From Prochlorococcus sp. AG-355-B18 (lineage in GTDB: Bacteria > Cyanobacteriota > Cyanobacteriia > PCC-6307 > Cyanobiaceae), in the NCBI GenBank assembly GCA_003280965.1, contig QCDI01000003.1, positions 84,837-148,836 on the forward strand: DNA of 64,000 bases. Reading direction: 5' to 3'. The translations under genes were made by a program, and so were the position numbers. Below the pieces are notes generated by a model. That model was not told the DNA's origin. It saw only the letters and a list, made by a program, of their open reading frames with translations, and searched no databases. Positions 35,422 through 43,206 of the stretch are shown in pieces (positions within the stretch are counted from its first letter, which is position 1; the number at the start of each line of letters is the position of its first letter).

Positions 35422-36786
35422 TTATCTACAAATAAAAAGATATTCTGAATCAAACGATATTTCTTTATTGAGAGCAGTGCGGTTAAGTTTACTATGAGAA
35501 AATTTCCCCACGGAATCTATGTCGACTTTTGAAAAAAAATTTAAAGCAATCTCTCTGATTTGATCAATCGTCATAACTCTTGGATGTGCATTTTTCTCTG
35601 ATGCATATGGTGAGTAAGAGAGGACAAGAGGTAACTTTTTTTCAGATATTTTCGAAAATAGTAATTGGAATGCTTTTGGAGCTTGATTGCGAATACAAAA
35701 AGGTGATTGATGACGATTCTTTCTATATATCCCACGACTAAGCATGGTTTCCCCATGTGCTTTGTTTGATGAAATTTCTGGATCATCTCTCAAAGATAGA
35801 GTTTCAAGAACATGATAAAAACGACTGTAATGATCTCTTGTGTATGGAGGATCTGCGTAAATAATGCTTTCATTGCACTCTTTAGATGAAAGGTAATCTA
35901 AGTAATCAGATCTAATTGCTTCGTGATTAAAATTTGCTGAATAATTTAAGCAAAATTTTTCAAGTGAATATAAAAAAATCTTAGTTATTGATTTATTTCT
36001 ATCTTTTGATGTTTGATTGTATAAAGACTTTTTCACTTTACCTTCTTTATCACGAGGTCTTAAGGGTTGGGCAAAGTGTTTGCCGACAGTATTAACGACT
36101 TCACTTGCAGTTGCTAAAATAGCAGCAGTGAATAAATCTTTTTCTAATCCTATATAGTTTTCAGCCATATCTAATAAAGCATCAATTTCTGCAGCTTGTT
36201 TGAAAGAGAAATAAATACCACCAAAATGTCTTAATGTCATCGTAGATAAATAATTTTCTTTAGGAAATTTTTCAATTTGTTTCCAACAATTATTCATTGC
36301 TATTTGAAAATCATTTTTAATATCGTTTTTTGCGGTCATTAATGATCCGCTTTCAATCATCATTGCAAGTTGTTCTGTATCCCCATTTTTAGCCTGACTC
36401 ATCAAATTTTCCTCAATTTCAATTAATGGTTCAGCTACGATTAATGATTTATGCTTATGGATATTTTTAAGTTGATTTTCTAACTTATTTTTATTTTTTT
36501 TTATAAAAATTTTGTTATCACTTAGTAGTGCTGTGCACAATATGCGAGAGTATTCTTGGATATCAATAGCAGTTACTTTGCGCGTTTTTCCTAGCCAAGA
36601 GGAGACAGTACCTGATCCAGCAAACAAATCACATACAGGGGCATCTTTAGAGGTAATTTGATTTAAGTTAGATTCTATTTTTTCTAAAATTCTTAATTTA
36701 CTTCCAAGATAATGAATAGGTCGCCATGGCTCTTGATCCTGAATTAATTTTGTTTTCCCTTTATTAGATAAATGTTTATATGACAC
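35422..36786 (-). CDS. N6-adenine DNA methyltransferase, alpha-class (D12/FokI-like)
   Basis: YLGSK, DLFAGSG (motif I) precedes YADPPY (motif IV); YSRFYHVLETL. Confidence 0.88.
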   Translation of the reverse strand: MSYKHLSNKGKTKLIQDQEPWRPIHYLGSKLRILEKIESNLNQITSKDAPVCDLFAGSGTVSSWLGKTRKVTAIDIQEYSRILCTALLSDNKIFIKKNKNKLENQLKNIHKHKSLIVAEPLIEIEENLMSQAKNGDTEQLAMMIESGSLMTAKNDIKNDFQIAMNNCWKQIEKFPKENYLSTMTLRHFGGIYFSFKQAAEIDALLDMAENYIGLEKDLFTAAILATASEVVNTVGKHFAQPLRPRDKEGKVKKSLYNQTSKDRNKSITKIFLYSLEKFCLNYSANFNHEAIRSDYLDYLSSKECNESIIYADPPYTRDHYSRFYHVLETLSLRDDPEISSNKAHGETMLSRGIYRKNRHQSPFCIRNQAPKAFQLLFSKISEKKLPLVLSYSPYASEKNAHPRVMTIDQIREIALNFFSKVDIDSVGKFSHSKLNRTALNKEISFDSEYLFICR

Positions 36787-36830
36787 TATTTTTTACTTTC
36801 CCAAAGTTAATGTTGCCCAATTTTAATACC

Positions 36831-36854
36831 TAATTAATATTCTTATATTAATTA
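36831..36854. promoter_or_regulatory. 10-bp inverted repeat in the divergent promoter region between the two MTases
   Basis: TAATTAATAT-TCTT-ATATTAATTA; arms are A/T-only, so function is uncertain. Confidence 0.3.
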
Positions 36855-36903
36855 CTTTTTTAAATAAATTAAAAAAGATTTATAAACTAAAAATATCTTT
36901 CAA

Positions 36904-38037
36904 GTGCACGATCCCATACAACAATTAGGTTTAATAAATCATGAGAAATATTCTCTGAAAGAGAACGATAAATTATTTTTAGGGGAAGGTAGTCAATTAT
37001 CTGCTCTAATACATGGAGATAATGATGCAGTAATTGATATAGCTAGTGAATATTTGAAAAATCAAGTTAGGTGCATTTATATTGATCCACCTTATAACAA
37101 CCTTGAAGTTTATGAACATTATGAAGATCGCGATTCATATGCTGTGTGGATTAAAAAGTTGACTAATCATATTGCCCGACTTTATAAGTTATTACGTGAT
37201 GACGGCAGTCTTTGGATATCTATAGATGATCGACAAATGCACTATCTCAAAGTAGCTATGGATGAGATTTTTGGTAGAAATAATTTCATTTCAACTATAG
37301 TTTGGGAGCATAGAAAAACAAGAGAAAATAGAAAGGTTTTTTCAAATAATCATGAATATATTCTTGTATACGCAAAGGATGCTGAAATTTTTAAAAAGTG
37401 TATGAATAAACTTCCTTATAATGATGAGATAAAAAAAAGATTTAAAAATCCTGATAATGATTATCGCGGTCCATGGCAGTCAATATCTTTAAATGTACAG
37501 GCAGGACATGCTACAAAAAGTCAGTTTTATGATCTTATTGCACCAAATAGCAATATTCATAAACCTCCCGCTGGTAGATGTTGGGTTTATTCAAAACTCA
37601 AAATTCAAAAATTAATTAGTGATAATCGCATTTGGTTTGGGCAAGATGGTAATGGAGTTCCGAGATTAAAGAGATTCCTCAACGAAATAGATACATCCTT
37701 AACTCCGCATACTTTATGGAGAGCTGATGAAGTGGGAACTACTGAAAATGCAAAGAAAGAAATATTAAAATTGTTTCCAGAAGAGCCGGTATTCGATACA
37801 CCGAAACCTTTTCAATTGATTGATAAAATTCTCAAAATTGCTGCTAATCCTGGTGATCTAATCTTAGATAGTTTTTTAGGTTCTGGAACAACTTCCTCAG
37901 TTGCGATTCAAAATAGAATGAGATTTGTTGGAATTGAGAGAGGAAACCATATATATTCTCACTGTCATAAACGTCTTAAGCAAATTTTAAAAGAATATGA
38001 TGCGCAAGTAAAATTCTTCGAACTTGTAGAAGAATAA
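36904..38037 (+). CDS. Amino (N6A/N4C) DNA methyltransferase, beta-class (Type III Mod-like core)
   Basis: IYIDPPYN (motif IV) precedes FDTPKP and LDSFLGSGTT (motif I). Confidence 0.9.
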   Translation: MHDPIQQLGLINHEKYSLKENDKLFLGEGSQLSALIHGDNDAVIDIASEYLKNQVRCIYIDPPYNNLEVYEHYEDRDSYAVWIKKLTNHIARLYKLLRDDGSLWISIDDRQMHYLKVAMDEIFGRNNFISTIVWEHRKTRENRKVFSNNHEYILVYAKDAEIFKKCMNKLPYNDEIKKRFKNPDNDYRGPWQSISLNVQAGHATKSQFYDLIAPNSNIHKPPAGRCWVYSKLKIQKLISDNRIWFGQDGNGVPRLKRFLNEIDTSLTPHTLWRADEVGTTENAKKEILKLFPEEPVFDTPKPFQLIDKILKIAANPGDLILDSFLGSGTTSSVAIQNRMRFVGIERGNHIYSHCHKRLKQILKEYDAQVKFFELVEE

Positions 38038-38038
38038 A

Positions 38039-38590
38039 TTATTCCCAGCCATAAGGAAAGAACTTTCTACATCCACCCGAATCAACAAAGAATCCTTCTG
38101 TAGCATCTATAATAGTTTTCATTTCTTTTGATAATTTTTGTCTTCCAAATTCACTATCTTTAGTAAAAGGAATCGAATAATAATAACCTTGTGAAAGTGA
38201 TGGCATTAATGCTCTTAATTTGCCAGATTTCCTATCTTTTTTTGAAGTTGCTCTCCCTAATTGATTCCCCACAAAATTCATAAAAGGTCCTGTCCTTATC
38301 TCCTTTGTATTTTTTGTTCTTTCCTGATAGGTTTTTTCTTCGTTTAACAATTCAGGTGAATATGATCTTGCGGTGTAATACTGACCACCATATCCATTCC
38401 AGATACCTACATAGAAACCTAAAGAAGGTTGATTTTTATAATTTAGAGATCCTATACCACCACCGGAACCAGTATATTTCAAAGTTATAGTTACATCTGG
38501 TTCTACTTCACTTGTAAGTGTGCAAATTGAGTCTGCTTTAACTAAAGGAATAACACCTAATAAAAGTGGCAAAAGTAGTAAGAGTTTCAT
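38039..38590 (-). CDS. Hypothetical exported protein
   Basis: 183-aa ORF with signal peptide MKLLLLLPLLLGVIPLVKA; two Cys near the termini. Confidence 0.75.
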   Translation of the reverse strand: MKLLLLLPLLLGVIPLVKADSICTLTSEVEPDVTITLKYTGSGGGIGSLNYKNQPSLGFYVGIWNGYGGQYYTARSYSPELLNEEKTYQERTKNTKEIRTGPFMNFVGNQLGRATSKKDRKSGKLRALMPSLSQGYYYSIPFTKDSEFGRQKLSKEMKTIIDATEGFFVDSGGCRKFFPYGWE

Positions 38591-38949
38591 TACCTACGAC
38601 GACCTAAATCAATTAACTTAGTTGTTCTTTTGCAAATATCAACTTCTATCCATTCCATATTTGCAGTATGAGTTGGCATATCCTCTTTTGACGCAACTGT
38701 ATATTTACACTCATTGAAGATATCTGTTTGATAAACCCAATACCAAGGATATTTGTAATGAGTATTACGTTCAATCCTTTTTGTAAGCATTTCCCAATAG
38801 GTGTCATTAACTAATTTAATTGCTGCTCTTTCGCCTTCAGTACATTCACCTTGCGATTCTGGGCAGGTATATTTGTGCCTTTTATATTGTTCTGTATTAG
38901 CAGGAGTACTAAAACCAAATATCAAAAACAGAAGAAATAGTTTTTTCAA
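38590..38949 (-). CDS. Hypothetical exported protein
   Basis: 119-aa ORF, signal peptide MKKLFLLFLIFGFSTPA, four Cys; stop overlaps next start by 1 bp. Confidence 0.7.
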   Translation of the reverse strand: MKKLFLLFLIFGFSTPANTEQYKRHKYTCPESQGECTEGERAAIKLVNDTYWEMLTKRIERNTHYKYPWYWVYQTDIFNECKYTVASKEDMPTHTANMEWIEVDICKRTTKLIDLGRRR

Positions 38950-39011
38950 AATTATTTTTTATATTAATTTTAATTATCCTGTCAATATGACAAATATTAC
39001 TCCTCAAACTA

Positions 39012-39033
39012 TAGGTTTCACGTGGGTTTCACG
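39012..39033 (+). repeat. Pair of 11-bp tandem repeats T(A/G)GGTTTCACG near the right end of the guaA island
   Basis: TAGGTTTCACG TGGGTTTCACG, same motif and orientation as 32700-32782. Confidence 0.85.
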
Positions 39034-39102
39034 TAGAAAAATTTGTGTTATAATCAGGTCAAACCCATTGATATAACTGTCTTTTTTATTCACCTCTTTG
39101 GA

Positions 39103-39123
39103 GGGACTATTGAGTGGGAGTAA
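39103..39123 (+). repeat. attR-like direct repeat (duplicate of guaA 3' end)
   Basis: GGGACTATTGAGTGGGAGTAA encodes GTIEWE*, as at 32643-32663. Confidence 0.92.
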
Positions 39124-39195
39124 GTTATCAAAATTTCTAAAAACTAGAGGATTTTAATTTATACAAGAAATGTTTTTAAATTAGATTGAAACATA

Positions 39196-39909
39196 ATGAG
39201 CGAGATTATTAAACTAAGTCGATCTACTGTTGAGAAATATCTTAGTTGTCCAAGATGTTGTGTACTTGATAAAAAATATCAAATAAAACCGCCCTCATTA
39301 CCATTTACTTTAAATATAGCTGTCGATAATTTATGTAAAAATGAATTTGATCACTACAGAAGAATTCAGGAGCCACATCCATTATTTATTGAACATGGCA
39401 TTGATGCAGTTCCTTTTAAACACAAAAATTTAGAACGTTGGAGAAGTAATTTTCAAGGAATAAGATATAAGTCAATTGAACATAATTATGATTTTGGTGG
39501 AGCTGTGGATGATATTTGGCAGAAAAAAAATGGTGATCTTATCATTATTGATGTAAAAGCAACATCTAGAAATAATTTTGATTGGTCTGAGACTTTTAAT
39601 AAGTACGAATATGCAAAAGCTTATAAGAGACAATTAGAAATGTATCAGTGGTTATTTAAAAAGAACGGATTTAAAGTTGCCAAAGAAGCTTATCTCTTAT
39701 ACTTTAATGGAAAAAAAAATGAAGAGGTTTTTAATAATCAATTAAATTTTGATGTACATTTAATTAGATTAGATTGTTCTACATCATGGGTAGAAAATAA
39801 GATAATTGATACGGTCAAATTATTGCGTTCTGATATTTTTCCCAAACCGTCATTAAATTGCGAATACTGCAATTATTTAAAAAAACGTTGGAAATTATCA
39901 ATAACTTAA
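39196..39909 (+). CDS. PD-(D/E)XK nuclease family protein (Cas4/AddB-like)
   Basis: LSRS..CPRC, GAVDD...IIDVK, QLEMY, C-terminal CEYC. Confidence 0.85.
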   Translation: MSEIIKLSRSTVEKYLSCPRCCVLDKKYQIKPPSLPFTLNIAVDNLCKNEFDHYRRIQEPHPLFIEHGIDAVPFKHKNLERWRSNFQGIRYKSIEHNYDFGGAVDDIWQKKNGDLIIIDVKATSRNNFDWSETFNKYEYAKAYKRQLEMYQWLFKKNGFKVAKEAYLLYFNGKKNEEVFNNQLNFDVHLIRLDCSTSWVENKIIDTVKLLRSDIFPKPSLNCEYCNYLKKRWKLSIT

Positions 39910-39989
39910 TTATTATCGAGAATTATTGGCTATCTCTGGAAAAATAGTAAATTAAAGATAATCTTTACTTAGATAATTTATTTAGACTT

Positions 39990-40598
39990 TTGATAAATTC
40001 GAAAAATTCTGAGAGCAAGATAACTAATCATCTTCAGCAAGATGTAGTAAAGGTATCTGGTAAAACAATTTTTATTAATCCTTTTTTGTATTGGCGAAGG
40101 TTTGACGAGAATACAAATAGATGGCTTAGAGAACCTGGTCAAATGTCTGAGGATCAAATTAATCCAAATAGGAACCGTTTTTATCCAGAAATAGAGTGGA
40201 CTGATTTAAGCCATGAGCAAAAGCTTATAAAAGATGCAACCGTAGAGATGTTTCTAAAAACTCTTGAATTGATTAGTACATTTCATCCGTACCTTAGTGC
40301 TGGACAGCTATTAGAAGTTGAGAGAAAAATGGCCATCATAAAAAAAGTTCCTTTTGAAAAGTGGGTCACAAAATCTTTCGCTAAAAAAGCTAAATTATTA
40401 GAAAATGAAAAAAGAAAATATCAGAGAGAAAGGTTTTTTAGTAGCTGGAAGGAATGGTTTAGTCTTGAAAATACTCAGCAAGCTATTATGCCATTGATCG
40501 TCATTATATTTTTATCAACATTCATTGGTTGGTCCTTAGGCATATCTAAAAATAGTTGTAATCCTTATTTTGAACAAAATTTAGATCAGTCAAATTAA
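39990..40598 (+). CDS. Conserved hypothetical protein with C-terminal TM segment
   Basis: 202-aa ORF; INPFLYWRRFD, NRFYPE; hydrophobic C-terminus. Confidence 0.75.
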   Translation: MINSKNSESKITNHLQQDVVKVSGKTIFINPFLYWRRFDENTNRWLREPGQMSEDQINPNRNRFYPEIEWTDLSHEQKLIKDATVEMFLKTLELISTFHPYLSAGQLLEVERKMAIIKKVPFEKWVTKSFAKKAKLLENEKRKYQRERFFSSWKEWFSLENTQQAIMPLIVIIFLSTFIGWSLGISKNSCNPYFEQNLDQSN

Positions 40599-40698
40599 TT
40601 TTTCATATTTTTTTGGTACCGAACTTAATATTATTTTGAAAAAATAAATTTTTTATTTAACATTGGTATGAATGAAAAAATTTTAAAAATATAAGTAT

Positions 40699-40848
40699 AT
40701 GAATGAAAAATTTACTTCAAATAATTATGAAAATGATGAGTTAAATCTTAATACTGAAGAGAGTGATTATAAAAATTTAGTTACTAGACTTAGAGAGATA
40801 AGCTCAAAAATTGCGTTACTGGAAAAACGATATTTGGATAAATTTTAA
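40699..40848 (+). CDS. Possible small protein (49 aa), below ORF-track cutoff
   Basis: ATG 40699 to TAA 40848, MNEKFTSNNY...LVTRLREISSKIALLEKRYLDKF; ends 4 bp before likely mrdA start. Confidence 0.45.
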   Translation: MNEKFTSNNYENDELNLNTEESDYKNLVTRLREISSKIALLEKRYLDKF

Positions 40849-40852
40849 ACTT

Positions 40853-42643
40853 TTGATAAAAAGTAATTCTAATAAAAAACTGATTTCATTAACGAGACAA
40901 CCTTTAGTCTTACTGATCTTTTCATCTATTTCGTTTTTATTGATTTTATTGAGATTAATTTTTTTGCAACTATTGAATTATGAATCTTTTAAGCAAATGT
41001 CTGATGAAAACAGGATTAGACTTATTGCTTCTCAACCAATACGCGGAAGAATACTGGATAGAAATGGTAATGTCTTAGCAGATAGTAGAGTCAAATACTC
41101 CTTAATAATAAAGCCCCAATCTGTAAATGATATCAATTGGGAAAAACATAAATTGATTGTGTCTGATTTGTTAAATGTTGATAGTAATTTAATTGAAAAA
41201 AAATATTTTGATGGTTTAAAAAATAAGCAACTTTCAGTTACTATTCTTGATGATTTAGATGAGGGTCAAATAATAAAATTTAAAGAAAATGAAGATAATT
41301 TATCTAGTTTTGAAATAGCTACGAAATTAATTAGAAATTATCCCTATAAATCTCTTGCTGCTCATGTTATTGGTTATACTCAACCAATCACTGATCCGGA
41401 ATATAAATTTTTATCTAAAAAGGGTTATAAATTAAATGATTTAATAGGAAGAACTGGAATTGAATATGTCTATGAAGACTTTATAAGAGGTGAATGGGGT
41501 GGAGAGATGGTTGAAGTAAATTCTTTAGGCAACTTTCAAAAATCATTGGGTATTAAACCTTCAATAAAAGGTAATGATATTGAATTGACAATTGATATAA
41601 ATTTGCAATTAGTTGCGGAAGAAGTACTTAAAGATAAAAAAGCTGGAGCAATAATAGTGATGGATCCAAGAGATGGTGCAATAAGAGCAATGGCTAGCAA
41701 GCCTACTTTTGATTTGAATTTTTTTTCAAAGGATTTTAAGCCTGAAAAAGAATATAATAATATATTTAATTCATCTCAAAAACCTCTTTTTAATAGAGCA
41801 CTAAATGCTTATGATCCGGGAAGTGTTTGGAAAATTGTAACTGCTTTAGCTGGCTTAGAAAGTGGTAAATTCCCTAAGGATACTTTGCTAGATACAAAAC
41901 CATGTATCATTTATGGAAGTCAATGTTTTAGGGAACATAATGATTTAGGTTTTGGGAAGATAGGTTATGAAGATGCTTTAAGAGTTTCAAGCAATACATT
42001 TTTTTATCAAGTCGGATATGGAGTAGGCGTTGATGAAATTTACGAGGTATCCAAAAAGTTAGGTTTTAATTCCTTATCCGGGATTGAAATTTCTGAACAA
42101 GAAAATACAGGATTTGTAGCAAGTAGTGAATGGGCTAAAGAAGGTAGAGGATGGGGCCAACCAGGAAGAACTCCATGGGTTCCGGAAGATATTGCGAGCA
42201 TGTCTATTGGACAATTTGTTGTTCAAGTTACTCCTATTCAAATAGCTAGAGCATATTCCGCGATTGCAAATGGAGGTTATCTAGTCACTCCCCATTTAGC
42301 TAAAAAAGGTGGGAAATATCTGTTAGATAAAAAAAGAATAAAAATAGATATTGATCAAAATAATATTCAGTTGATAAAACGCGGGTTGAGGAAAGTTGTT
42401 GAGTCTGGCACAGGTGTATCAATTAATTATGGCGTTTCAAATTTACCTCCAGTTTCAGGTAAAACAGGAACTGCTGAAGATGGTGAAGGTGGCTTAGATC
42501 ATGCTTGGTTCGTTTGCTTTACTCCTTCTGAAAAGAGTGAGTTGCTTGTAGTTGCTTTTGCACAAAATACTCCTGGTGGTGGATCTGTACATGCACTTCC
42601 TATGGCTAGAGAAATTTTGAAAGTTTGGAATGAAAAAAAATGA
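40853..42643 (+). CDS. mrdA: Penicillin-binding protein 2
   Basis: RGRILDRNG, PGSVWK (SxxK), SSN, KTGTAE; start placed at TTG 40853 (ORF track 40811). Confidence 0.92.
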   Translation: MIKSNSNKKLISLTRQPLVLLIFSSISFLLILLRLIFLQLLNYESFKQMSDENRIRLIASQPIRGRILDRNGNVLADSRVKYSLIIKPQSVNDINWEKHKLIVSDLLNVDSNLIEKKYFDGLKNKQLSVTILDDLDEGQIIKFKENEDNLSSFEIATKLIRNYPYKSLAAHVIGYTQPITDPEYKFLSKKGYKLNDLIGRTGIEYVYEDFIRGEWGGEMVEVNSLGNFQKSLGIKPSIKGNDIELTIDINLQLVAEEVLKDKKAGAIIVMDPRDGAIRAMASKPTFDLNFFSKDFKPEKEYNNIFNSSQKPLFNRALNAYDPGSVWKIVTALAGLESGKFPKDTLLDTKPCIIYGSQCFREHNDLGFGKIGYEDALRVSSNTFFYQVGYGVGVDEIYEVSKKLGFNSLSGIEISEQENTGFVASSEWAKEGRGWGQPGRTPWVPEDIASMSIGQFVVQVTPIQIARAYSAIANGGYLVTPHLAKKGGKYLLDKKRIKIDIDQNNIQLIKRGLRKVVESGTGVSINYGVSNLPPVSGKTGTAEDGEGGLDHAWFVCFTPSEKSELLVVAFAQNTPGGGSVHALPMAREILKVWNEKK

Positions 42644-42664
42644 AATTCTTTTAGGTTTAAAAGT

Positions 42665-43189
42665 TTATGTTTTTAATTTTTTCATTTGTAAAAGTCTTTG
42701 AATAATATCTTCAATAGTTTTCGTATCTATTGGTTTACTATATGAGGACAAAAGTTGTCTTCCTAATACCTGACTTCCTAAATGAGCTAATTGTATGCGT
42801 AACGAAGTAAGAAGTTCTAATCCTACCCCACCAGAGAATGTAGCAATTGCGATTGGTTGACCATTAAATAAATTCCTAAAGTCATCTCCCGAAATAGAAA
42901 GCCAAGCTATGAAGTTTGAGAGAATAGGAGGTATTGATCCATTATATTCAGGAGCACAAATCACCCACTTTTCTATTGCGAAAAGTTTTTTTTTTAATTC
43001 TTCTATTACAACCGGGATATTATCTTTGCTATGAATTCTTGGATTAAATAATGGAATGTCAAGAGTCGTAAGATCTAATATCTCAGAACTTATTTTCAAT
43101 TCATTACTTTTTTCAAGGAATTTTTCAGAAAGTTCTAAATTTTTTCCACAACTAGCAGTAATGATTATAAGATCTTTTGATTCAGTCAT
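42665..43189 (-). CDS. NADPH-dependent FMN reductase
   Basis: PEYNGSIP motif, flavodoxin-like. Confidence 0.88.
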   Translation of the reverse strand: MTESKDLIIITASCGKNLELSEKFLEKSNELKISSEILDLTTLDIPLFNPRIHSKDNIPVVIEELKKKLFAIEKWVICAPEYNGSIPPILSNFIAWLSISGDDFRNLFNGQPIAIATFSGGVGLELLTSLRIQLAHLGSQVLGRQLLSSYSKPIDTKTIEDIIQRLLQMKKLKT

Positions 43190-43206
43190 AAATTAGATAA
43201 ATAAAT

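Larger units (their letters stand above)
32664..39123. mobile_element. 6.46-kb genomic island integrated at the guaA 3' end (defence/RM cargo, no integrase)
   Basis: Flanked by the duplicated guaA terminus; 11-bp tandem repeats inside both ends; non-core cargo. Confidence 0.88.

Noticed and set aside
32931..38037. Calling the locus a standard Type III (res-mod) system
   Set aside because: Nuclease is N-terminal to the helicase, the Mod-like gene is short and not adjacent to the helicase gene, and a second unrelated MTase intervenes
38801..39076. 91-aa plus-strand ORF crossing the right end of the guaA island (possible excisionase)
   Set aside because: Antisense to a signal-peptide gene and runs through the arm-like repeats; no HTH-like pattern; probably spurious
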